Source of the DNA: Candidatus Omnitrophota bacterium
GTDB taxonomy: Bacteria > Omnitrophota > Omnitrophia > Omnitrophales > JACQLI01
Direction: 5' to 3'
Assembly (NCBI GenBank): GCA_016179745.1
Contig: JACPCP010000018.1
Span: 9,258 to 73,257, forward strand
DNA length: 64,000 nucleotides
The notes below the pieces were generated by a model that saw only the letters and a program-made list of their open reading frames with translations, ran no database searches and was not told the DNA's origin. Made by a program: the position numbers and the translations under genes. Positions 24,400 through 33,300 of the stretch are shown here, one piece after another; within the stretch, counting starts at the first letter, position 1, and each line of letters starts with the position of its first letter.

Positions 24400-25806
24400 A
24401 TGAAACGAAGAGTGGTGATTACGGGGAGGGGGGTGGTGACGCCGGCAGGGATCGGCGTGGAAGAGTTTCGCCGGAGTTTGAAGGAGGGAAAATCGGGCGT
24501 GGGGCCGATCACCCGGTTCGAGCGGGGCGACCTTCGGGCCAAAAATGCTTACGAGGTTAAAAATTTCCACCCCCTTCCCGGCACGGGACTCCTCGACCCC
24601 TTCATTCAATACGCCCTCGCTGCCGCCAAAGAGGCGATCGGAGACGCCGGTTTTGACCCTTCGGCTGTGGACCCTTTTCGGATCGGGATCGTGGTGAGCT
24701 CCAGCAAGGGCGGGATGCACACCTTTCATCAGTTGTGGGATCGGTTTCACAAACGGCCGAGCGCCATCCTGGGCGCCCGGGTTTACGCCAATCTGGTCCC
24801 GAATTTTGGTGCCCAGTGGATTGCGAGGAAGTGGAAAATCCAGGGCCCGGCCAAGTGTTATGTGACAGCCTGTGCGACCGGCACCACCTCCCTCATTGAA
24901 GGGGCCCGGATGGTCCAGGAGGGAGTGGCGGATTATGTGATTGCCGGGGCGAGTGACGCCTGCCTTGTTCCGCTCCTCGCCGCCGCCTATGAAAATATGG
25001 GGGTCCTCTCGCCGGACGGAATGCACCCCTTTGACCGCCGGCGAAAAGGGTTTCTCCTCGGGGAAGGGGCCGGAATTGTTTTGCTGGAGACCCTCGAATC
25101 GGCGAAGGCCCGGCGGGTAAAAATTTATGGAGAGGTTGCGAGTTTCGCTTACGGGGTCGACTGCCACCACCCGGTTTCTTTTCATCCGGAAGAAGATGCG
25201 CTGGCCCGGACCTTGAAGAATCTCGTGCGTTCGGCCTCGATTTCCGTGGGCGACATTGATTATCTCAATCTTCACGGCACGGCGACGGCCGAGGGGGATC
25301 TCTACGAGACGGATCAAATCAAACGGGCCTTCGGCCCCCGGTCTTACTCCATCCCGGCGAGCGCCACCAAATCCATCACCGGCCACATGCTGGGGGCGAG
25401 CGGGGCGGTGGAGGCCATTGCTTCCTTGATTGCGATGGAAGAGGGGTTCGTGCCGCCCACGGTTCATTATGAAGAGCCGGACCCCCGCTGCGATTTGGAT
25501 TACACGCCCCACCGGGCGAAGAAGAAAAAAGTTTCTCTGGCGGTTTCGATCTCGATGGGCTTTGGCGGGGCCGACAACCGCGAGGAGCTCACCGTCGACC
25601 TGCAGCCGCGTGGCACGATCGCCTATATGGCTCCCGAGCAGATTCGAGGCGAGCTTCTCGACGCGCGCGCGGATCTCTATGCGCTCGGCTGTGATCAACG
25701 TTTTGCTGGAAGAAGAACTGGAAACGTTTCGACAGAAAGGTTTAATTCGAAAACTCCGGACCCTCTCGGATTGCCGTGGGACTCACGCTTTCTTAGAGGG
25801 GCGTGA
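24400..25806 (+). CDS. Beta-ketoacyl-ACP synthase II-like enzyme with aberrant C-terminal extension
   Basis: VVITGRGVVTPAG, active-site ACATG, HGTAT and GHMLGASG are KAS-II motifs. After GFGGADN the usual C-terminus is replaced by about 85 unrelated aa that overlap bioF. Confidence 0.8.
   Translation: MKRRVVITGRGVVTPAGIGVEEFRRSLKEGKSGVGPITRFERGDLRAKNAYEVKNFHPLPGTGLLDPFIQYALAAAKEAIGDAGFDPSAVDPFRIGIVVSSSKGGMHTFHQLWDRFHKRPSAILGARVYANLVPNFGAQWIARKWKIQGPAKCYVTACATGTTSLIEGARMVQEGVADYVIAGASDACLVPLLAAAYENMGVLSPDGMHPFDRRRKGFLLGEGAGIVLLETLESAKARRVKIYGEVASFAYGVDCHHPVSFHPEEDALARTLKNLVRSASISVGDIDYLNLHGTATAEGDLYETDQIKRAFGPRSYSIPASATKSITGHMLGASGAVEAIASLIAMEEGFVPPTVHYEEPDPRCDLDYTPHRAKKKKVSLAVSISMGFGGADNREELTVDLQPRGTIAYMAPEQIRGELLDARADLYALGCDQRFAGRRTGNVSTERFNSKTPDPLGLPWDSRFLRGA
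25612..25689 (+). other. Fossil fragment of a Hanks-type Ser/Thr kinase gene (subdomains VIII-IX)
   Basis: In the KAS frame this reads GTIAYMAPEQIRGELLDARADLYALG, the APE/P+1-loop signature of eukaryotic-like kinases. The bioF start ATG (25679) lies inside it. Confidence 0.5.
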
Positions 25807-26848
25807 GCTGATACTGTTTTGCGGCAATGATTATCTGGGGCTGAGTCACGACCCCCGGGTGATTGAGGCCGCCCGGGAGGCCCTTGCAACGCAAGGGGTC
25901 GGAGCGGGCGCCGCCCGCCTGATTTCAGGGACCACCGAATTCCATACCCGGCTCGAATCGGAGCTTGCGAAATGGATGTCGACGGAGCGGGCCCTGGTTT
26001 TTGGGGCGGGTTATCTGGCCAATCTCGGCGTCTTGACGGCCCTCGCCGGCGAGAAGGATCTCGTGGTGATGGACAAACTTTCACACGCTTCATTGATCGA
26101 CGGCGCACGGCTCTCAGGCGCCACCTTCCGGGTTTTCCCGCACAAGAATTTGTCCCGGCTTGAGGAAATTTTGAAAAGCGCTTCAGGATTCCGGCGCCGG
26201 GTGATTGTGACCGATGCCGTCTTCAGTATGGACGGTGACCGGGCCGATCTCGAAGGGCTCGTTTCCCTCAAAGAGCGGTATGACTCTCTTTTAATCGTGG
26301 ATGAGGCGCACGCCCTCGGAATTTTTGGAAATCGGGGGAGCGGACTCAGTGAAGAAAGGGGATTGGAGAACCCAATCGACGTCAGGGTCGGGACCCTTTC
26401 AAAGGCGCTCGGGGTCTTCGGGGGTTTTGCCGCCGCCTCAGAAACCCTGATCGAATCGCTTGTCAATTTCTCCCGCCCGTTTATTTTCGCCACCGCCCCG
26501 CCGCCTGCCTTGGCCGCCGCAGCATTGAAGGCGCTTGAAATCCTCCAAAGCGAGCCGGACCTCCGGAAGAAACTCTGGCAAAACGTGAAAGGAATTGGGG
26601 ACAGGCACCTTTGGGGGGACAGGCAAACGGGGGTGTGCTCACCCATTATCCCGATCATCATTGGAGATGAAAAACGAACAGTCGAAATTTCAGAGCGTCT
26701 TCTCGAAAAAGGGATTTTGATCCCGGCCATCCGTTACCCCACGGTCCCTAGGGGAAAGGCCAGGCTCCGCCTCACGGTGAGCGCCGCCCACACGGAGGCG
26801 GATTTGAATCAATTGTTTCAGGCCCTTCCGGAGGTATTCAACGGATGA
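25679..26848 (+). CDS. bioF: 8-amino-7-oxononanoate synthase
   Basis: LLEEELETFRQKGLIRKLR..., NDYLGL, SMDGD and GTLSKALG (PLP lysine). The start is chosen at ATG 25679 because the ORF upstream to 25430 lacks BioF-like sequence. Confidence 0.85.
   Translation: MRSAVINVLLEEELETFRQKGLIRKLRTLSDCRGTHAFLEGRELILFCGNDYLGLSHDPRVIEAAREALATQGVGAGAARLISGTTEFHTRLESELAKWMSTERALVFGAGYLANLGVLTALAGEKDLVVMDKLSHASLIDGARLSGATFRVFPHKNLSRLEEILKSASGFRRRVIVTDAVFSMDGDRADLEGLVSLKERYDSLLIVDEAHALGIFGNRGSGLSEERGLENPIDVRVGTLSKALGVFGGFAAASETLIESLVNFSRPFIFATAPPPALAAAALKALEILQSEPDLRKKLWQNVKGIGDRHLWGDRQTGVCSPIIPIIIGDEKRTVEISERLLEKGILIPAIRYPTVPRGKARLRLTVSAAHTEADLNQLFQALPEVFNG
26597..26635. repeat. G-rich ggggacaggc repeat, family B, copy 1 (in frame in bioF)
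   Basis: ggggacaggcacctttggggggacaggcaaacggggg encodes GDRHLWGDRQTG. Confidence 0.75.
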
Positions 26849-28215
26849 AAAAAAGAAACAAAAACAGGGGACAGGCACCTTTAGGGGGACTGGCACCTGA
26901 AAGGGGACAGGCAAAGAGAGACTATGCAGCCATCGACAAGAAATATGTCTGGCACCCTTTCACGCAAATGGCGGATTGGGAGAAGGAAGAGATCCTTGTG
27001 ATTGAGAGGGCCGAGGGCTGTTACTTGATCGATACGGAAGGCCGGCGATACCTTGACGGTGTTTCCTCCCTCTGGTGCAATGTCCACGGCCACCGGGTTC
27101 CCGAAATTGACCGGGCCATCAAAGACCAGTTGAAGAAAGTGGCGCACAGCACCTTTCTCGGGCTTTCGAATGTGCCGGCGATTGAGCTTGCCCGGGAATT
27201 GGTCTCGATTGCCCCGAAAGGCCTCACCCGGGTTTTTTATTCCGATTCCGGATCCGAAGCCGTAGAGATTGCGCTCAAGATGGCCTATCAATATTGGCAG
27301 CAGAAAGGCGAGAAGCGGCGGCAGAAGTTTGCACGCCTCACGAACGCCTATCACGGCGACACGATCGGCGCCGTGAGCGTGGGCGGCATCCCCCTTTTCC
27401 ACGACCTCTACCGCCCGCTCCTCTTCGAGACGATTGAAATCCCATCGGCCGATATTCAAAAAATGGAACCCGTCTTTAAAAAACACGGCAGCGAGATTGC
27501 GGCGCTCGTGATGGAGCCCCTGATCCAGGGGGCGGCCGGAATGATCACCCAGCCGCCCGGCACTCTCACGAAGGTGCGGGCATTGACCCGGTCGTATCAG
27601 ATTCTTCTGATCTTTGACGAAGTGGCGACAGGGTTCGGGCGCACCGGGAAAATGTTTGCGGCGGACCACGAGAAGGTGTCGCCCGACCTGATGGCCGTGG
27701 CAAAGGGGCTCACGGGGGGATACCTCCCGCTTGCCGCAACCCTTTCTACGGAAAAGATTTATCAGGGGTTTCTGGGAGATTATTCGGAGCTCAAAACCTT
27801 TTTCCACGGACACACTTACACGGCGAATCCCCTGGCCTGCCGGGCGGCCCTGGCGAATCTCAAGCTCTTCCGGGAAAAGAAAATTCTTGAGAAATTGAAG
27901 CCGAAGATCGATGACTTAAAGACAGGGCTTCTGCGCTTCCGGGACCTTCCTCACGTGGGCGATATCCGGCAAATCGGCCTGATGGCCGGGATTGAGCTCG
28001 TGAGGGACCGGAGGGCGATGGAGCCGTATCCTTTGAAGGAAAAGACGGGGATCCGGGTCATTCAGGAGGCCCGGCGCAGGGGCGTGATTTTGCGGCCGCT
28101 CGGGAATGTCATCGTTTTGATGCCGCCCCTTGCGATTTCACGGGCCCAACTGAGAGAGCTGATCCATTGCACTTATGATTCGATTCAAGCGGTGACGGGA
28201 GGAAGAAAAGGTTGA
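26845..28215 (+). CDS. bioA: Adenosylmethionine-8-amino-7-oxononanoate aminotransferase
   Basis: VWHPFTQM, AVMEPLIQGAGGM-like, DEVATGFGRTG and AKGLTGG are BioA motifs. The first roughly 25 codons are derived from a family B repeat. Confidence 0.9.
   Translation: MKKRNKNRGQAPLGGLAPERGQAKRDYAAIDKKYVWHPFTQMADWEKEEILVIERAEGCYLIDTEGRRYLDGVSSLWCNVHGHRVPEIDRAIKDQLKKVAHSTFLGLSNVPAIELARELVSIAPKGLTRVFYSDSGSEAVEIALKMAYQYWQQKGEKRRQKFARLTNAYHGDTIGAVSVGGIPLFHDLYRPLLFETIEIPSADIQKMEPVFKKHGSEIAALVMEPLIQGAAGMITQPPGTLTKVRALTRSYQILLIFDEVATGFGRTGKMFAADHEKVSPDLMAVAKGLTGGYLPLAATLSTEKIYQGFLGDYSELKTFFHGHTYTANPLACRAALANLKLFREKKILEKLKPKIDDLKTGLLRFRDLPHVGDIRQIGLMAGIELVRDRRAMEPYPLKEKTGIRVIQEARRRGVILRPLGNVIVLMPPLAISRAQLRELIHCTYDSIQAVTGGRKG
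26867..26920. repeat. G-rich repeat family B, copy 2 (three tandem units at the bioA 5' end)
   Basis: ggggacaggcacc tttag ggggactggcacc tgaaa ggggacaggcaaagagag. The 21-mer aaaggggacaggcaaagagag recurs exactly at 56388-56408. Confidence 0.8.
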
Positions 28216-28946
28216 GAACCCCCAAGGGAATTTTCATTACCGGGACCGACACCGGCGTCGGAAAGACGGTGGTGGGAGCGGGCTTGGCGCTTGTCTTGAA
28301 GGAGCGGGGGCTTCGGGTCGGCGTGATGAAGCCCGTGGCCACAGGCTGCTTCGGCGAGGGGAAGCGGCTTATCTCGGGGGACGCCGTTTATCTTTTTGAA
28401 GCGGCCGAAAACGAATACCCGGCCCTTACCAATCCCTTCCGGTTTCGAAATCCCCTAGCCCCGAGTGTGGCGAGCGTCATCGAGAAAAGGGAAATCCCCA
28501 TCGAGAAAATCCGACGGGCCTTCCGGGAGCTCCAAACCCATTACGATTACATCATTGTCGAGGGCATCGGCGGGCTTCTGGTCCCGATCCATAAAGGCTA
28601 CTTCGTGGCCAACCTCATCCACGAATTCGGCCTTCCGATCTTGATCGTGGCCCGGGGCGGGCTCGGGACGATCAATCACACGCTTCTTACAATCGACGCC
28701 GCCCAGATCCGGGGATTTCAAATCCACGGCGTGATCTTTAACCGGATGCCCCGGGTGAATCTCTCCGTGGCCGAGATCACGAACCCCAAGACCGTCCACG
28801 ACTTGAGCGGCGTCCCCGTCCTTGGCACCCTGCCCGAGATGGAAGATGTCGATGTGGACCGCTGCCTCTTCGGGAGCCTTCGGGAAACCTTCAAGGAGAG
28901 GATCGACCTGGACCGCCTCCTCGGTCTCGAAACCGCCGCCCGCTGA
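28212..28946 (+). CDS. bioD: Dethiobiotin synthetase
   Basis: GIFITGTDTGVGKTVV P-loop, EGIGGLLVP, and overlap with the bioA stop. Confidence 0.9.
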   Translation: MRTPKGIFITGTDTGVGKTVVGAGLALVLKERGLRVGVMKPVATGCFGEGKRLISGDAVYLFEAAENEYPALTNPFRFRNPLAPSVASVIEKREIPIEKIRRAFRELQTHYDYIIVEGIGGLLVPIHKGYFVANLIHEFGLPILIVARGGLGTINHTLLTIDAAQIRGFQIHGVIFNRMPRVNLSVAEITNPKTVHDLSGVPVLGTLPEMEDVDVDRCLFGSLRETFKERIDLDRLLGLETAAR

Positions 28947-29006
28947 ATTCAAGATTCACCCCTTGAAGACCCCCAGGTATAAATACTAGCTATTACCTGT
29001 ATTTTA

Positions 29007-29756
29007 TTGACATCTCTTAAAGATTCAGCTAACTTACTACAGTCAGCTAGTAAATTTATGAAAGATAAAAGCCTGCTCAGGGCCCAACGGGCCATTCTAA
29101 ATCTTGTCGCCGGGAAATATCCGCACGTTTACCTTGTGGGAGGGACCGCGATCAGCCTCCTCTATCGACACCGGATTTCTGAAGATCTCGATTTCTTCAC
29201 GCAGCGGTATTCGGGAAAATTACATCGGGACATTGCAGCCTGGATTGAAAGCCAAACCGGCTTCCCCTCCCATTTGATTGCAGAGGAAAAGCGGAGGACT
29301 TATGTGCCGATGGCGGTTTACGAGTTTGAAACGGGGAAGGACGCTGTTCTCAAGGTTGACTTTGTGAAGGACATTGCGGCCTTGATCCAGCCAAGAAGGG
29401 ACGACGGAATCGCTTCTCCGGAGGATGTCTACTATCGAAAGATCTTGGCCGTCATTGGATGGATTGCGGGCCGATCCCGGACCGGCCAGGTGTTGGCGGG
29501 CGGACGCCAAAAAGCAAAGGACCTCTTCGATATTTTTTATTTATCAGCGAATGTTCTGCCGTTGTCGATTTGGTTCCCCAGACATTTCAGCCGAGAGGCC
29601 TATGAGCGGCTGGCCGCCTGGTATCTCGGCGTTCCCCGGCAAAGAACGGTGATGGAGTTGCTCGAATTGGTCCCCGGCTGTGACACGAAGACCATTTTCA
29701 AAGAGCTGGACGACCAAGTCATTCACAAACTGAATCGAGTTTATCTCAGCTTATGA
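29007..29756 (+). CDS. AbiEii/AbiGii-family nucleotidyltransferase toxin-like protein
   Basis: HVYLVGGTAISLLYRHRISEDLDFF matches the GGTAL...R.S.DiDf core of DUF1814/AbiEii. TTG start at 29007; alternative ATG at 29058. Confidence 0.65.
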   Translation: MTSLKDSANLLQSASKFMKDKSLLRAQRAILNLVAGKYPHVYLVGGTAISLLYRHRISEDLDFFTQRYSGKLHRDIAAWIESQTGFPSHLIAEEKRRTYVPMAVYEFETGKDAVLKVDFVKDIAALIQPRRDDGIASPEDVYYRKILAVIGWIAGRSRTGQVLAGGRQKAKDLFDIFYLSANVLPLSIWFPRHFSREAYERLAAWYLGVPRQRTVMELLELVPGCDTKTIFKELDDQVIHKLNRVYLSL

Positions 29757-30343
29757 AGAGACAGAACTGGCATTGGGACATTAACCTCTCCTATGGGAAG
29801 ATCAAAGAAATTTTGAAGCGTGAAGATGATCCCCGTTTCCCGAGATTGGCAGGGGCCCTCCTTTCCCGTGTTCCGGAGCCCGCCGAGGTCTTTGGGCTCA
29901 TTTCTCCAGCCGCCTTTTGCCGGCGCTACCGGGCGATCGAGAGAGAAATCCTGTCCGACGAATGGACAAGAGAGAAGGCCGCCTTTTGGAAGGCCACCTG
30001 CCTCCGACTCTCAAGAGAGCTTCGGGAACGGGGTGAGAAAATCAGAAAACCGGGAAAAATCAAATTGGACGATTTTGACCGAACGCTCGTCTCGAAAATA
30101 AAGCAGTGCCGGAAAAACGCCCTCTTGTCTCAAAAAGAATTGGCCCAATGGATGGGCCTGAGCCAACAATACATCTCAGGAGTCGAAACGGGGCGGGAAA
30201 GGGTCACGATCGATTTCCTTAAAAGATTGGCGGGAATGACCCATCAACCGATCGAAATCGTCTTTCAAACCAATTATTCTCCGGAAATTAGGCGGAGCGG
30301 GCGAGGGCGGCCCGGATCTCGGGGTCGAGGGCGAGGCGGTTAA
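29753..30343 (+). CDS. Protein with C-terminal XRE-type HTH (possible cognate antitoxin/regulator)
   Basis: LLSQKELAQWMGLSQQYISGVETGRERVTIDFLKRLA is an HTH_XRE core. Its start overlaps the AbiEii stop. Its 3' end overlaps the giant ORF 2 3' end convergently by 56 nt. Confidence 0.55.
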   Translation: MKRQNWHWDINLSYGKIKEILKREDDPRFPRLAGALLSRVPEPAEVFGLISPAAFCRRYRAIEREILSDEWTREKAAFWKATCLRLSRELRERGEKIRKPGKIKLDDFDRTLVSKIKQCRKNALLSQKELAQWMGLSQQYISGVETGRERVTIDFLKRLAGMTHQPIEIVFQTNYSPEIRRSGRGRPGSRGRGRGG

Positions 30344-33300
30344 AAAATTCCGCAATCTGAGCGAGCCCCCTCGGAGTGACCCGCCGGAATGCCAGGGGAT
30401 TCCTGGGGTCCTTTTCGAGCATCTCCCAGAGAAATTTCGAGCGGTGAACGGCTTCAATCAGCCGGATAAAATCAGGTACCCTCAAACCGGAAAGACCGAT
30501 GACGGAGGGTTCGGCGAAGACGCCAAACCCGTGGAAATTACCGGCGTTTGTCAAGTCCAGGGGGGTGACTGGCGACAGGAAGAAGCCAGCGTCTTTAAAA
30601 TCAGGAGACGTTCGGCTGATTCGACCCGGGTTCAAAGGATCATTTTCTCGATACGGCAGCGGAACTACGCCGGGGGCAGCGGCCGCAATCTTGCTAAAAG
30701 GGATTTGCGCCTCTTTGCCGCCCGCAAAGGCAATACCGACCCTCACCTCTGACCGCACAGCCTCACGCACAAAATTCTGAATTTCTTGAATCGCCTCATG
30801 GTCTGCAAGGTGTTTCGATAGGGCGAGGTCCAGAACCGTAGCGCTTGAGGGCGGGATTCTGAAGCTTGGATCAAAGATGCTGCTCCGGGCCGCCCGATTC
30901 ACGAGCGAGGAAAAAAGAACAGGATTGCGCTGGAGTCCCAAGAAGATCGCCCGGGCGTTTTCAGAGAAACGGGCCCGCTCTCCAAATTTCAGGGCCTCTG
31001 CCGTCGAGACCCGCTCCGTGGCGGCGCCGAGGATGAGAATCCTCGAGGCAACCCCCCGGAAAAGATCTTTAATCCTGACGGGCTCGATGACGGCCGGGTC
31101 TATTTTTAGAGTTGCCGCTAGGATAGCCGCCGCCTCTTCCGCCGCTTGACCAAACCTTTCCGAATCAAGCCACTTGAGCATTTCCTCGGGCGTTTCCTGT
31201 TTCATCATTTCAGCCGCAAGATTCACAAGGGACTTCCGAACCTGGTCCCGCACGATTTCTTTTCGGTTCTTCGATTGTTTTTGCAGCCGGTCGACGAACC
31301 GGTCAAAATCCCCGTTCTCCGTGTAAAGCCGGACCATTTCCTCTGCCGTCAAATCCGGGAGGAATATCTGAAACTCTCCAGCCGCTTCCCTTCTTATGGG
31401 AGCGGCGTCTCGCACCTCCGCCCGCTCCCTGGGCGCCTCCGTTTGGAAAGCCTCAGACTTGGCACTTTCAGAAATGGGAGGGTGACCGGGCACTCCTCCC
31501 AATGCAGTTTCAATCGCGGCACGGAGCGCGTTGCGTTCATTTTTTTCCCACTCACCTAAATCAGTGCGACGGGTCTCCCGATGGAGTCTCTTGAGAGTCC
31601 GTGAAAGGAGATCCCGGCCTTCCTTCTCGCCGTAGGCCTGATACAGGCCGGCGAAGATATCTGAGTAATCGGAAGGGTAAGTAAGGATAAGGTTTCGCAG
31701 TCTAATCAAGATAAATATGAAACGCCTGCCGGAGACCGGCAGTCCCACATCGACAACCCGCACCGTCTTGGAAGAGGCTTTGAGATTGAGGGAGTTAGGA
31801 TCGCGGATTGTCCACCGCCCCCTTGTCTTTTTAAGAATCTGGAAGAGCCGATGCGAGGATTCCCGGGTAACACGACTGGCCTCCTCCTCGATTCTCTCTG
31901 GTTCCGTTTCCTTAACTTGATCCAGATAGCTACTTAGAGAAAGGTAATTCGGTTCATCAATCAATTGTTCAGTCCACATCCCGTACCTTGGACTCCAGGT
32001 CCCCAGGGTCTCGGCGCTGGGGTCCTCCGGTTCATAGAGTTCAATGAGGTGGTCGACCTCCGTTCCCGCATCCCTTTTCCGGGGGAACCAGTTCAGGGCC
32101 ACGGAATAAGGCGTTTCCCCATTTGTCACGTGGATATCCAATCGAAAAACACGCTTTTTCCCGCCGGCATTTAGAAATCGGATTGAGACTTCACGAACTT
32201 CCTGGAGAGGAATTACAACGCCGAACAGGGCCCAAAGGGTTGACTGGATGAGATAGGATCGTCGAAGCGCTTGCTCGACCCTGCTACGAAATTGCTTCTC
32301 AAGCGCCGGGCTTTTATCAGATGAAAGTTCTCCGACAGGAGTGAATTGAAAGGCCGCCTTCGTCTGCGGAGAGTCCCAGAAACTGTTCAGTTGGCTTCGA
32401 AAATAGGTTAAGACCTCCTCCGCCCTCTCACTAATTTCTTCAGGCATTCCGTAACGCCGTCTCCCGTAGAGCTTCCAATAGGTCAGAGCAGACCGAAGTT
32501 TAAGATAAAGGAGGTGACTACCTTCGATCCGGGGATCGATCGAAATGGTTCGGACCTGCTCTAGGAGAGCCATTATTTCCTGGGGGGCGGATGCGTCCCT
32601 CAGTTTTTGAACCAGTTCCTGATTTCGTATCTCAGCACGGGGTTTGGAGTTTTCTTCAAGAAATGCGATCACGCCCGCCAGGGTTGCCACTGAAGGAGAG
32701 AGCGGACCGATAAAACGAGGGGCGGTTTCCTTCTTAAGTCTGTCAATAAGCTCCCGAAGCCAGCCCCTGAGCGGGGAACGGAAGTTCCGAGCGCTGACAT
32801 AAGCCTCCATCGTGATAAGAAACATGGCAATATCTTTAACTTCTCTTTCGAGGCCGCGTTCCCAAATCCAACGGAATACCTCGTCATCTTTTATCGTATC
32901 CTTATATTTTTCGATGTCCCGATGTTGGGGGGTGGATGCAATGGCCCAGTCCGTGAATTGGAAGCCGCCGCCCTTACGGAAGTGGATTTCCTCCTCCCCG
33001 AGGTCACGGTGAAATACGCCTTTATGGTGGAAGAGCTCAAGCGCCCGAGCGATTCTTAGAACGTCACTTAAAACATCTTTTTCATCCCGTCCGTGGCGTG
33101 GACGAAATCGGGGGTTCATCCGGTGAGCCGCCGTTTCGCCTTCAATCATCTCCTCAATCAAGTAGGTCTGGCCGGTCTTGGGAGAGGGACGTTCTGTGTC
33201 CCACCCGGTTCGTGCGGCCGCTTTTTGGATCTGGGCAGCTTCTGGATCCGTCAGGACGCCGGAACCGACAAGGCGGGGCAGATGGGGGGCCAGTTCTTCA

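Noticed and set aside
25585-25605. Cluster of SacI (gagctc), SalI (gtcgac) and PstI (ctgcag) sites within 21 nt at the KAS/kinase-fragment junction, reminiscent of a cloning polylinker.
   Set aside because: The stretch is in frame, translates sensibly (EELTVDLQ) and matches common vector polylinkers only over about 11-12 nt. It is most likely coincidence in GC-rich DNA, although read-level support of this junction is worth checking.
25430-25678. N-terminal extension of the bioF ORF (ORF track start at 25430).
   Set aside because: The upstream 83 codons overlap the KAS gene and carry no BioF-like sequence. BioF homology begins at ATG 25679.
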